Source of the DNA: Squalus acanthias
Lineage: Eukaryota
Length of the DNA: 64,000 nucleotides
Direction: 5' to 3'
Assembly (NCBI GenBank): GCA_030390025.1
Contig: CM059432.1
Location: forward strand, 145,204,001-145,268,000
Below the pieces are notes generated by a model. The model was given only the letters and a program-made list of their open reading frames with translations. It was not told where the DNA came from and ran no database searches. Each line of letters starts with the position of its first letter. Within the stretch, counting starts at the first letter, position 1. The translations under genes were made by a program, and so were the position numbers. Below are positions 21,709-34,879 of the stretch, piece after piece.

Positions 21709-24088
21709 ATGAGTCTTAGGAAACTCAAAGCTCAACATGTCCAACCAGTGCAGAGCAACAATCAACAAAGTCAATAGGATGTTGACCTACACTAGCCCAA
21801 GTCAGAGGAAGTAATGATCAGACTGTACAAGGCTCTGGCCAGACCACATTTTGAGCACTGCGCACATTGGAGGCAGTGTAGAGAAGTGTCACAACTTGTT
21901 TCCCAGTGTAAAAAGTCTTGAGGTATGAAAAAAGACTGGCGAAACTTTGCTTTTTCAGCATAGAAGCGAGGCTCCAAGAGCTGATTTTATACAGGTATAC
22001 AAGATAGTTAACTTGCATTTATATAGCGCTTTTAACAAGTCCCAAAGCGCTTTACAACCAATGAAGTGCTTTTGAATGTGTAGTCACTGTTGTAATGTAG
22101 GAAATGTGGCAGCCAATTTGCACACAGTAAGCTCCCACAAACAGCAATGAAATAAATGACCCTATAATGTTTTTTTAGGTGTTGATTGAGAAGTAAATGT
22201 TAATAAATTGTGATCCTCCCATAGTTATTTAACCAGGTTGTATTTTTACTATGTTAGTAATGTTATTTCTAAGAGTATTTAGGGGGTGGGTGAGGAACTG
22301 ACATAGCCACTCAAAGGACGTTCGTTACCATTTTTGGATCTGCCGATAATACTTTCCTGGGTTCAGTGGTGTCAGTACCTCCCATAACTGGTCTGAGCAT
22401 TTTACTTTAATGGGATTAACCGATATCTGCTTGTACAATAACGTAACCCTGGGGCAGGAATAGATTCCCCCCATCCCTCTCCTCTGGGACAGGAACACTA
22501 GATCCTCCCCTTGGGGCAAGAACACTAGACCCTACCCCTGGGGCAGGACCATGGGATCCTCCCCCTGGGGTAGATATTTTGCACGTGTAGCTCTTCAATC
22601 TCTCTGAAGATGGACCGAGTTAACACTCAATGAGGCATGGCTTGGATCGTTAGGCTGCTTTATTCGACAGAAAGGTGAAACATACAGAGCAATGGGTATA
22701 ATTAGAGTCACTTAGTTTGTTCCAAGTTGTATTTATGTAATGATACAAAATAAAGAACATGCAACACTACCCCCACACCAGTGGGTCGTCTTAATAAACC
22801 TGAACAGAATAAACTGTCTGCATCCTGTCCTGCAGCCCAGGACAGAACCAATCTCCCGGCAGTCTCTGATCTTGCAAGCACTTCACTGCCTGTGTACTTC
22901 TGTTTCCAAAGACCAGCCTGCTTTTTCAGGTGTACAAGATTCTGCTTTATTCCCCAAACCCTCCCAACACAATGGGTGGAAGGGGTGTATCTTTTTTGGA
23001 CACGAGCCACCAAATTGCATATTATTTAATATCTGGGAAAATTTTCCAATTAGCCTATTAATCACCTTTCATCTGACTTTAGTTCATAACATGGGATTGT
23101 CCTGAGAAACATGCCTCTTTAAAGCAGCTTTAACTAAAAATACATTGTATAATAACTCCAAATACATTGTATAATAACTCATATTTAGGTCCCATCAGTG
23201 GAAAAATGGCCAAAAATAATCCTGAAACGTGACTTGGAAACATGTTTTTCAGGGCTGTGGTTTATTATGTGGTGAATGTGTATTTCTTTGCAAAATGTGC
23301 CTTAATTTTGTTAGTGAAGGTAAAAGGTCAAGGAGCACGATTTGTGCTTCAGCCACACTGACCCACAATGGAGAGACTGAGCCAATCACACAACATACAC
23401 AGACATGTCAGAATGTGGGATCTAACCCAAATTTATTCAGTGATTTACACAGAATTCAGATGACGTGAGGGGTTTACACATTACACTCTACGTATTCATG
23501 CTTAAGTGTTTATTTCAAAAATTCCAATAGTTTTCAGATTCTGGTTTCAGCTAATACATTATTTACTAAATAATTTGCAACAATTTAAACTTATCCTTCA
23601 AACAAATTAAGACATACTTGATTGCACTTATAATCTCCCACCTACTGCTCCAAAGCACATATTTTATCAGTGGAAGAAATTTAATTTGTAATATTATATT
23701 TTATCACTGGGCTGAAAAGGATTATTGTTTCTTTCTTGCAATGCATCGTGGGTTGCAAGGATACCATTCTTGCTGGCTGGTGTTTCACAACCAGTCCATC
23801 TCCTACTAACCAATATCACTTTCTGTATCCAAATCCTGCCACTAGATGCTACAACAAATATAGGAAATTCAGGATGGCTACAATAAAATGGTCCAAATAA
23901 CCTTCCTTGTACTGATTATCGTGTGATTTTGTAAAAAACATCCTATTGAGGGGTCACTTGCAGCTCTGCCTTCAGAATGAAGATACCTCCCAAAGACATC
24001 AATTGTTGATAAAAAAAAAAGTTGATCATTTTGCAGAATCTGATGATATTGAGTCAGTCTTCTCAGAATTCACTGGAAGCAGTGAATG

Positions 24089-24102
24089 GCTCCCTCTGGT
24101 GG
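24089..24102 (-). promoter_or_regulatory. Candidate CTCF site
   Basis: - strand CCACCAGAGGGAGC, a close match to the CTCF core, in non-repetitive DNA between the two convergent genes. Confidence 0.4.
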
Positions 24103-24268
24103 TGAAACACCAACAGCACAAGTTGCATTTCTTCCCAATATGAGTTTAGTTCTGGTCAATACTGCTACACAATTCTGTAAATGAGTTAATTGAAGTGTAG
24201 TTTAGGAAATATTATAACTCAGTGATATGGATCTCAGTATTACTTTGATAAATGACAGAAAGGACATA

Positions 24269-24600
24269 CAGGAAACTTTCGTTTATCCGGCACCGACGGG
24301 ACCGGCGTGGTGCCGGTTGATCGAAAGTGCCGGATTACAGAGAGGTATACTTACCAAGGTACGAGAGCCCCGTACACGGCCACAGGCTGAACAATTGGGA
24401 CCCGGAGAGGGAAGGTAAACGAGACTCCGGCTTTTTCCTCCGTGGCGGCGACAGGTTGGAGTCGGAAGAACGTTGACCCCCCTTTCGTGGGGGCGAAAGG
24501 TCAGAATCGGGGTCTTGTCTGTATAATAAAACTTACCTGATTTTTGCCGGTTAAGCGAGAATTCCGGATATTAGGGTGCCGGATAAACGAAAGTTTCCTG
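24269..24600. mobile_element. Tc1/mariner-pogo (Tigger-like) MITE
   Basis: Perfect 26-bp TIRs CAGGAAACTTTCGTTTATCCGGCACC (24269-24294 / 24575-24600) with TA on both sides. Confidence 0.9.
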
Positions 24601-25469
24601 TATTTAGCGAGATTGTAAAACCTGGTACAATTCAGAAAAGGATACAAAGAACTCTTTGAATGATTTCTGAATGTTTGGTTACCAGCCATCTCTCAGTTGC
24701 AGTCCTACAATAGATTTCCCACAGTCTCAGTAACTGTTGCAAGCCCCAGTCCACTACATTTGAAAAAGCAGCTGTAGATCATTCCAATGAACTGACACTG
24801 ATCCCACGCTGTGCCAATAAGCCGCACTCAAACTGCAGACTGTACCGCACTGAGGGGCCCAGAATGTACTATTGAGGAGAAATAATCAGATCTGTAAAAA
24901 TCAGAAAACTTGCTTGTTTTTCCTCATTGAATTGCTAACAATTTTCAAAAAGCATTATTACCAGATCTTATTTTGAAAGATGCATTCAAATATAATGCCA
25001 CTTGAGTTTAAATGCATTTTATTGTACAGAAGCAAAGGGTTAATCTCTGCAATTTAAAACTCTGCTTTTGATAAAACCTAGATTGTGACTCTTAAACAAA
25101 TTACAGAAACGGGGTTTAAATGTCTTTACTGCGATTACAATGTATTTTAATTATTTAGGAAGTTTTGGGGAGTCTAATGGATTAGTAATTTATTCCTTTG
25201 CTAAATTATATCAGCTGTTTCTGGGCAGAACAGAGTACCTTTTAATCAAATTTAATTCTAATAGCGTGACTTTTATGAAACTGCAGGAACTCAGGCCTTG
25301 AGCTTAAATACAAGTTATAATGAAGCCGCTTTACAAAACTTTCATATTAGAGACAATAAAAATAATATACAAAGGTAGTCTGATGTCAGACAATTATAGC
25401 GAGCAGTTACCATGTTCATAATTGATTAGATTTCAGGGGCTGAACTCTCAAATGGACAAGAATTAATAC

Positions 25470-25661
25470 TTGAAATAAAAACAGAAAATGCTGGAAATAC
25501 TCAGCAGGTCAGGCAGCATCTGTGGAGAGAGAGAAACAGAGTTCACGTTTCAGGTCGATGACCTTTCTGTTTCTCTCTCCACAGATGTTGCCTGACCTGC
25601 TGAGTATTTCCAGCATTTTCTGTTTTTATTTCAGATTTCCAGCATCCGCAGTATTTTGCTT
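25470..25661. mobile_element. Palindromic short insertion (probably Penelope-derived) with 12-bp target-site duplication
   Basis: About 68-bp inverted arms (25471-25539 / 25566-25633). Direct repeat AAGAATTAATAC at 25458-25469 and 25662-25673. Degenerate relatives near 30230-30335 and 53440-53630. Confidence 0.75.
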
Positions 25662-27833
25662 AAGAATTAATACCTTCCTGCAGGAGAAAGTTGGGATTTA
25701 CAGTGTGGAATCGACTCTGCAGTAAACCTAACACTGGACCATTTAACCCTCCTGGCACCAGCACCGGACCATTTAATGAAATGGACGAAAATTAAGCATC
25801 TATTTATACTAATGAGGCCACCATCATGTAAAGAGAGACTCCACAGTGAGAGGTGAATATAAATTCATGGAAAAGTGCAGGATAATCAGCTGGTTAGAGA
25901 GCAACAAAATAAAATGATTTGATGGGCTTACATATTAAAGTGAGGATCGGCAGTCAGGACACCAGTTTCCAGCAGTAATGTCAACAGATTAAACGGAAGG
26001 CAAGGCAAGGGCAGAGGAAAACATCACAAGTCACAAAGCAGACAATGGACATCTCTAAAAGAAAACACCTTTCTTCCATTTTCATTAATCTATTTACATT
26101 TATTCCAAATGATTTAGTTAATGTATAAATGATCCATTTATTTCACTCATACAACAACAAGGCATGACTTGAAAGTTACAGACATAATATCACATGCACC
26201 AGTGTATAAAGGCAGGAGCTGGAACCTGCTGGACTGATTCTGCACACCTTGGTTTGCATTGTTGATTCTTTTCATTTCATGCAGTCATTTAGCAACTGAG
26301 CTTCTGTGTTCAGTATCAGCAGTTTGACCACTTAGGGCCCTAATTTCCTTTGTATAAAGTTTGACCAGGGAATTGATGTGAGCACAAAGCAGCAAGATTT
26401 TGCCTCCATTTTGCCAACACTGGGTCTTGCTCCCAAAAGTGAGACGTGTTTTTGAAAGGCCGCCCACATTAGGACCTTGTTAAAGCCCGGGGACAGGAAA
26501 CTCCAGAAAAAATTACTTGTGGACGGAGAGAGATAAAGACGGAGTTAACGCGGTCACGACCCACTGTTAGCTATACAAAGGAAGGGCAAGCTTTTGAATA
26601 TCAGCTGTGAGCTGGAACATGTAGCTTTTAAAACATAATCTGAATGCCAAACAGTCCAAGGCTGCAGACATAAAAAGGAAAGTGTGGCATTAAAATGAGA
26701 TGAACATCAAATAATTCCATAATTCTGTACATCGAGCCTGCTCTTGACAATTCAAAGTTGTTTCTTGTGTTAAGAAAATTAGATTATCCAATAATTTGAA
26801 TTAAGCAATTTAAATACAGAATTAAAACTTAATTAAAATTCTGAGTGGACTCCAGTTGAATAAAAATATGATGCATCAAGTTAAAAACCCCTGGAACATG
26901 CAATAAGCAATTATAATAATTTCAGTGTAGCAACAGCACTTCTCGCTATGATGCTTAATCTATTTAGTGTAAATCAGTAGCAATTTACAGAGCTTGTTAG
27001 GTTAGTTCCTCTTGTAGATAATTAAACTGGAGATTTTCTACTGAAAACATTAAAGCAGATAGATTCATAATTAAATGCAAATTATGTATAACTCCACTTC
27101 AATCCAATTTAAGGTAATATTACAATATTTTCGCACAAATTTCCACAGTCCATTAATTTTACAGAAGCAGTAATGCTTATTAAGACACACACTATATCCC
27201 CCCTCCCCCCCCGGCCATTGTTCCCTCTTATTTTTTTGGGTGCGCGGCCTGGACTGAGCGGGACCGGCGGAGAGCTGTGCAGCCTATAGGGAGCGTTGCC
27301 ACCCGCCTCCCCGATATTTGGCCATGTTCTGGGGGGGGGGGGGGGGAAGGCTACGTGAAATCAAAAGGAAGAGTCCACGATTTTCTATTAAATAGGGGTG
27401 TTACCAATTAACTAGCACTGGCACCTGTAGCCATGGGAGGATGGTGTGCACCTTTCTAATGCCTCTGTTCTAACCGAGACTCTCCCTCCTTCAGCAGGTT
27501 GCAGACAGAGAGACCGAGCTCCTGATTTGCATCCGATCGAAAGATTCTGAGCCATGAGGAGACACAAGCCAAAGGTTCAGGAAAGGACAAGTCCTCACTT
27601 GCTTCTGTCTGCAACCCACCCAAGAGGCAAGAAACCTGGTGAGAGCGGTGATCGACAGTCTAGTAAAAGACCTCGACAGCAGAGGAAGATCTACAGGAGA
27701 GGGAGCATGGGGCAGATTGCCTTCCTGCAGGTCAGGGGTCGGAGGGCAGGCTGTCTTCCTACGGGTCAGGGGTCAGCCAGCAGCTGGAGTGATGCCCTGA
27801 GGCGCAACATTCCCCTTTTTGGAATGAATTACT

Positions 27834-28606
27834 GGCCCAGATTTTGCGGTTATACTGACAGCGAAACTATCAGCGTTCGCGTAATTACTGTGTGAAACTG
27901 ACAGCAACTTCTGCCGCCCGCACATGCGCAGTTAAACGCTGAAATCCACAAGTTGCCGTCAGTGATTCCCTGCTTCTCCATGAGGTGCGCTGAAGTCCCC
28001 GCAGACGGAAATCTTTAGAAATGACTTGAACGGACGTGAAATTCCCTTTTTACGTTGTAATATCTCTGTAAACACCACCCCACCCCCCAAAAAAAATTAA
28101 GGCTTGTTGAATGAGGTGCAACTGGGCTCTTAAACGATACTGAGATGAGGAGGAATTTCTTCACCCAGAGAGTGGTGAGCCTGTGGAATTCTCTACCACA
28201 CAAGGCAGTTGAGGCCAAGTCATTAAATATATTCAAGAAGGAGTTGGATATATTTCTTAAGGCTAAAGGGACTAAGGGATATGGGGAGAAAGCAGGGACA
28301 GGGTACTGAATTTGGATGATCAGCCATGATCGCATTGAATGGCGGAGCAGGCTCGAGGGGCCGAATGGCCTACTCCTGCTCCTATCTTCTATGTTTCTAT
28401 GTTTACAGAATCATAACTAGTGCTGAACAACCTCTCTGGCCCTGAAAAACAAATTTTATATTTGTAGAATGTCAAATTTCTCCATTATGATAGAAATTCC
28501 ATAGGTTTTTAATATACTTTTTAAAAAAAAAAGTTTATTTATGATATTTCAGCTTCTAGCCTATTCCCATTCCCATCTTTATTTCGCTCTCTGTAAAATC
28601 CAGGCC
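27834..28606. mobile_element. MITE-like element (GGCC termini) containing a CR1 3' end (~28135-28405)
   Basis: Termini GGCCCAGATTTTGC / GTAAAATCCAGGCC. Its 5' part is similar to 16990-17125 in reverse. Internal CR1 tail ends in TTCTATGTTTCTATG. Confidence 0.55.
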
Positions 28607-28611
28607 AATAT

Positions 28612-29931
28612 TTTATTACACAACACTATTTAATACTTAAACAAAAAAGCTCCAAGCAACAAAACTGCTTATTATAATTGCTTATTGCATTAATTTATAA
28701 GTCTACTGCTTCAATTATTAAAAAGTAAGAAATATAATTAAACTTAAGAAATGTTGTACAAGGCAAAGGATCGAAATATCTTCATTGGTGCTTCTCATCA
28801 CAATATGGGTACGCCTACAGCGCTGGGTCACGGGGGGGGGGGGGGTCATCAGGGAGCACACAGTGTGAAGGGAGCGTTACAATGGGAGTGCGGTCAGCTG
28901 ACAGATTTGGATCGCGCGCCGATAATGGCAGCAGGAATCACACCCCCGCCACCTGCATTGGGACGTGGGATTTTCTGCAACCCTCCACCCCCCGGGGGAA
29001 TTATTTGGTAAAGAAAACATATCCCTTAATTCCTCACTTAGTCACAACACATTTTGTTTGGTTTCATTGTCAAGAATGTAATGAACTTTTTCTGCCGAGT
29101 CTGTAAGGAGCCTGTTGTTATTGTCAACTAAATAAAAAGATTATAAAAAATAATTTCCTTCCCTAAACTGGTGTTGCAGAAAGCAACAGCTGTAAGCTGT
29201 GACGTGCACTGGTGCTCAGGGGTATAAACACTACACGTGGGCTGACACTCACCCAGCTGTGCACTCGTGCCATTCGCCCTCTGCGTATCTCAAAGATTTA
29301 CCTTTACAAATAAGGCATAAATCTAAAAAGACCTCGAATGTTCAGGAACACGTCATAAATTTATAATGTTTTGCTGCATTTGGCCTATTCCATTTAAAAT
29401 AATGAAAGACCAAACAAAAATAATCGAGAATCTTAGTGCAACATAATGCTTAAAAGTGAACAGCACCAATCACAACGGTCAGGTAACCTGATCACACCCG
29501 TCAGGAATTCTCAAATATTGTCTCAGTAGAATTATTAATCCCCGAAATGACTGGTTTGGAGCCTAAAATGAGCTATTTTGAGAAATGTTGCGCAGCAGCT
29601 GATTCTGTGATCGATACCGTTAGTTCAGTGAAGGCAGCATACTGAAGCCACTTCAGAGAAGGCGTAAGGTAGTAAAGCGATAAACTCCCATCAGGCAGAA
29701 GCCTCTGGAGCACAAAGTCAATCATAGATTTCCTTTTTCCGGTCACATCACGTTCTTCCCCAAAAGGAATCCTAGTGTTGGGAGAATTCCGCAGCTCCGC
29801 TATGCTCAGAAACCTTTCCATTATCCCTTTCAAACTGAGCTGCATCCACACGGCCACTGCTGAACTAACTGGTGAGGGAGGAGGTGGACAGAGAAAAAGA
29901 CAAGTTACTTGCAAGATAAACTTCCACACAG
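28612..29931 (-). other. STARD3NL: Putative terminal (3' UTR) exon of STARD3NL
   Basis: Acceptor ttgtgttttCAG at 29932-29934 downstream of the exon-8 donor. Candidate AATAAA on the - strand at 28612-28617. The 3' end is uncertain. Confidence 0.45.
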
Positions 29932-31019
29932 CTGAAAACACAAATGAACAATCAATGATCTAATCAATCAGTGCACTGGGTGATAGAATTGTATTTACAT
30001 TTATTTCTTAGACACAAATGCAAAGTATAACACAATTTCAGTCGATGCTGGAGAGACTGATAAATCCCGTATTATATTGGCAATAAGATTACAATTTATT
30101 TAAGAGTAATTGGGTAACTCAATGTAGTACATTAAAAGCCTTCTTGTGCTGCCTTGCACCCAGCCTATTGAGCTCAAAGGGTAGCAGCTACCCTGTTCTA
30201 ACTTGCTCCAGAGGGGAGTTGCAATCTGCAAAACTGCGAATGCTGGAAACACTCAGTCAGTCAGACTCTCATTAACCCGTCTCTTCCCTTCACACTGACT
30301 TGTTGTGTTTTCAGCATTTTCTGTTTCTATTTCCAGGAACGGTATCACAACACTGCCTGTTGCTTCTTGCCCCAGGAGTGCCCCACAACGCCTCCCGGCC
30401 TGGGCCCAGAACCGCTCCCTTCCGCTCATCACCATCAGTTGGGCCATGGGAGGTCCATTAAATGTTCCACTACTCGATAGAATTTAAATTTCTATTAGTT
30501 CACGCAGACTGCGGTTAGTTTTATTTTTAGAGCCATGCTAGGCAGTTAATGCTCACGGGTTTAAAAACAGTGGAAAATAGGCCACACAACAGACCGGAGG
30601 GAAAAAAGTTTTAAAAACTAAGAATACATCAGATTACAGTGCCTGAACCATTCAAGCGAGTGAGTGATTAACTTGTATAACCAGTGTGATTAACGTGTAT
30701 AACTAGTGAGTTGAGCTGGCTAGTTCAGAACCTACACTGCTCCTACCAGCTTCAGGTCAATGTTAGATTGCTGCATGCAAGTGAGTCACGATGAAACATT
30801 ACTGAGCAGCCTACTTTCGGTCAGTAAAGAGCGACAATGGCTTCTTGTCTGCTGCTTTATGCTGATTATGAATCACAAACCCACACATTCTTTACCATTG
30901 ACTGTTTACTGTGAAAACTAAACTGGCCCAGCCGTCAGCTAATAAAAGCTTCAGAAAGAGAACAAAACTTCAAACGCTCGCGTGATGAAATGACGAGCTT
31001 ATTTATCGTAATCCCAAAC

Positions 31020-31645
31020 ATGCTGGAATACAAAAGGGGAGGAAGTGATGCTTCAGTTGTACTGAGCCCTGGTCAGAGCCCATCTGGAGTAACTGCGCTC
31101 AGTTCTGGGAACCGCACCCCGCAGCTCAGGAAGGATATGTTGGCCTTGGAGGGGGTGCAGCGCAGATTCAGCAGACCGATACCAGGGCTAAAAAGGGTTA
31201 AATTATATGAGGATAGGTTGCATAGGCTGGGCTTGTATTCCCTAGAGTTTAGAAGGTTGAGGGGGTGATCTGATTGAGGGGTTTAAAATGTTAAAGGGAT
31301 TTGATGGGGTAGATAGCGAGAAACTATTTCCTCTGGTTGGGGGGAGTCCAGAACAAGGGGACATAATCTTAAAATTAGATCGAGGCCATTCAGGGTTGAA
31401 ATCAGGAAGCACTTCTTCACACAAAGGGCAGTGAAAATCTGGAACTCTCTCCCCTGAAAGGCTGTGGATGCTGGGGGTCAATTGGAGCTTTCAGGACTGA
31501 GATCGCTAGATTTTTGGGGGTTAAGAGTAACATGTGATATGGATTAAAGGCAGGTAAATGGAGTTGAGGTACAGATCAACCATGATCTAAATTGAATGGC
31601 AGAACAGGCTCGTGGGGCTGAATGGCCTGCTGCTGTTCCTATGAT
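31020..31645 (+). mobile_element. CR1 LINE 3' fragment
   Basis: PQLRKDMLALEGVQRRF...LGLYSLEFRRLRG coding remnant plus CR1 tail. Confidence 0.88.
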
Positions 31646-32420
31646 ACAGAGCTGCTACAATCCTCAAAAAAGGTTAAAATTTGTAGCAGCAGCTTTGTGT
31701 CAACTTCGAACACCGGTTATTGCAACGTTTGTTTAAAATTCATTACTTTTGAAGTCTTGTTGAGTTTTCATGTAAAGCTAAAGCATAAGATTACAAGATA
31801 AAGGTATTTCCAGTCAGGGCTGGGGACCACAACAGAAAATAACGGCAGTTTGTACAACTCGAAACAGAACACAACCCACCAGGTCTGGTTTAGTGTCAGG
31901 GACTCAAACCAGAACCTTTTAATAACAAACAGTGCAGTTATTCACACATACACTGGCCACAACAGTCTGATCACCAGGTGTGAAACGGTCACATGGAAAA
32001 TCTTTGTTCCGTATTAAGAATTATTGCACCACAATTATTGTGCATGTTTGACGTATCAGGGAATTAAACATCTGTAGTGGCATGCAGCAGATAACTTGCT
32101 GCTTGGGGGAGATGATTCCAGTGGCATCGAAGGATTCCCCATAAGGAAGGAGGGAAAGGAACAAAACTAAGGGAAAGTCCATCTGCATTTCTCCAAAGTA
32201 TCACTGGCATGAGCCAAGAAACTGACTGTCTTTGGTCTTGGCTGGAGAATGCTATACCTTACTGGAATTGGTGTGGAAGACCGAGAGAGCGCTTCAGCAA
32301 TAGCTTCCATGTTCCTGCGTAACTGTGAAACCATACAGTCGTCAGTCAGCATTCTCACTCATGAGCCTGGACTTGGATAATGCAAACAGGAGTCAATAGA
32401 TCTGCAATTTTACGCACCTG

Positions 32421-32461
32421 CTAATGTGTTGGATTCTCAGTGTCATTGTCCTCATCAGAAT
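32421..32461 (-). CDS. STARD3NL: STARD3NL last coding exon ((D)SDEDNDTENPTH*)
   Basis: Polypyrimidine acceptor tttgtAG, phase 1 matching the previous exon, acidic tail like human GSEEAEEK. TAG at 32421-32423, then CAG|GTGCGT donor. Confidence 0.75.
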
Positions 32462-33243
32462 CTACAAATTAAAAAAAAAACAGAATTAATGTCAACCTCC
32501 TGATAATCTCTTGTGCCTCAGAGACAATGGAAGTGAATTATTGCTTAAATTTAAGAGGTACATTTTGAGCCAACACTGGTGACTATTTTTTAATCCTATC
32601 TGAAAATTATAAATAAACACAGGCGGCAATGATTGGAAGGGTATGAGGGGTATTACTAGATGGATTCTCTACATTCACAATTCAACATTTTGACAATTTC
32701 TGCTCCCTCCGGACGATGACCATTTCCTGCCATGTTTACCAGGAAGCCTCTTCCAGCACTCCAATAACTGCAGAGTATTGGCTCGGATTCCCAATATTTC
32801 TCCAGCAGACATACCTTCCCTAACATCAGGAGTGGTACTAGGAGTGCTGGAGGGGAGGGCACTTCCCAACTAGAGTCAGAGCAACCTTCTCTTGAAATGC
32901 CCAATAACTTGCCTCCTAGATAAGCACTCAGACCGGTTTGCAGTGTTCCACCGTGGAGTCACTTCTCTAGTAGACAGAGATTACACGTTCAGTCGGATCT
33001 TTAAATATTCTTGCGTATGGCCAACGGAGTCGCCATGGTGAGTCAGAGGACAGGCTGGTATAACAAGAGCATTATTCTGATCTGTGTTTAATGTGGCCTG
33101 TTCCTTTACGGCCACAGAATCCAATTGCTGTAAGGAGGTGCAGTCTGAAATCAACTCGCGGCTAACTGCTGCTGAGGGAAGTTTCGCTAGAAATTGGCAG
33201 CAGCTTGTATATCTCCAACTGCTCCCCTTGGGGGAAAGGCCAG

Positions 33244-34360
33244 GCTCCGATCTCCTGCACGGACACCTTCCTGCACCTGTGCTCCGATCTCCTGCACTGA
33301 CACCTTCCTGCACCTGTGCTCCGATCTCCTGCACTGACACCTTCCTGCACCTGTGCTCCGATCTCCTGCACTGACACCTTCCTGCACCTGTGCTCCGATC
33401 TCCTGCACTGACACCTTCCTGCACCTGTGCTCCGATCTCCTGCACTGACACCTTCCTGCACCTGTGCTCCGATCTCCTGCACTGACACCTTCCTGCACCT
33501 GTGCTCCGATCTCCTGCACTGACACCTTCCTGCACCTGTGCTCCGATCTCCTGCACTGACACCTTCCTGCACCTGTGCTCCGATCTCCTGCACTGACACC
33601 TTCCTGCACCTGTGCTCCGATCTCCTGCACTGACACCTTCCTGCACCTGTGCTCCGATCTCCTGCACTGACACCTTCCTGCACCTGTGCTCCGATCTCCT
33701 GCACTGACACCTTCCTGCACCTGTGCTCCGATCTCCTGCACTGACACCTTCCTGCACCTGTGCTCCGATCTCCTGCACTGACACCTTCCTGCACCTGTGC
33801 TCCGATCTCCTGCACTGACACCTTCCTGCACCTGTGCTCCGATCTCCTGCACTGACACCTTCCTGCACCTGTGCTCCGATCTCCTGCACCGACACCTTCC
33901 TGCACCTGTGCTCCGATCTCCGACACCTTCCTGCACCTGTGCTCCGATCTCAGCACTGACACCTTCCTGCACCTGTGCTCCGATCTCCTGCACGGACACC
34001 TTCCTGCACCTGTGCTCCGATCTCAGAACTGACACCTTCCTGCACCTGTGCTCCGATCTCCGACTGTACCTTCCTGCACCTGTGCTCTGATCTCAGACTG
34101 TACCTTCCTGCACCTGTGCTCTGATCTCCTGCACTGACACCTTCCTGCACCTGTGCTCTGATCTCCGACTGTACCTGTGCTCTGATCTCCGACTGCACCT
34201 TCCTGCACCTGTGCTCCGATCTCCGACTGTACCTTCCTGCACCTGTGCTCCGATCTCAGACTGTACATTCCTGCACCTGTGCTCTGATCTCCGACTGTAC
34301 ATTCCTGTACCTGTGCTCTGATCTCCGACTGTACATTCCTGTACCTGTGCTCTGATCTCC
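33244..34360. repeat. 37-bp minisatellite (CTCCGATCTCCTGCACTGACACCTTCCTGCACCTGTG)
   Basis: Near-perfect tandem copies from 33244 to ~33890, then progressively more diverged units. Confidence 0.96.
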
Positions 34361-34879
34361 GCCACTGCCCACCTTCAGCAGAGGAACAGCGGTTTGTGGG
34401 AGTTCTTCCCAAACACCCCCATCTGTCTCTTTCATTTTCAGACATCTCTATTTCTAGGATTACACAGAAATTACAACAGGGAAACAGGCCATTTGGCTCA
34501 ACCAGTCCTTGCTGGTGTTTATTCTCCACAGGAGCAGTACTCTAATCCCATGTACCCGCCCTGTTCCCATATCCCTTTATTCCCCTTTCCTTCAACCACC
34601 TATCGAACCTGTTTGTAAATTTTGGCATGGTCTCTGCTTCAATCACAAACTCTGGTAGTAATTCCACAGCCTCACAATCCTCTGAAGAGGTTTCTCCTGC
34701 TCTCTGTCCTAAATCTCTTACATTTAATCTTATATCTTTGGACTCTCGTTCACATCCCTCACCACTGGAAACACTTTGTTTCTATCAATTCTCTCCCATC
34801 CTCTCATAATTTAGGAGAGGCCTTCAAAAAGAGAAGATAGTTCGGCTACAGAGTAGACGCATTCCCATGAGGGGGAAAG

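Noticed and set aside
22320-23181. Possible solo LTR or ERV remnant (TGAAGA...CA, internal poly(A) signal on the - strand)
   Set aside because: No second LTR, PBS, clear TSD or retroviral coding could be identified.
32981-34529. Long overlapping - strand ORFs (266-304 aa)
   Set aside because: Artefacts of the 37-bp minisatellite.
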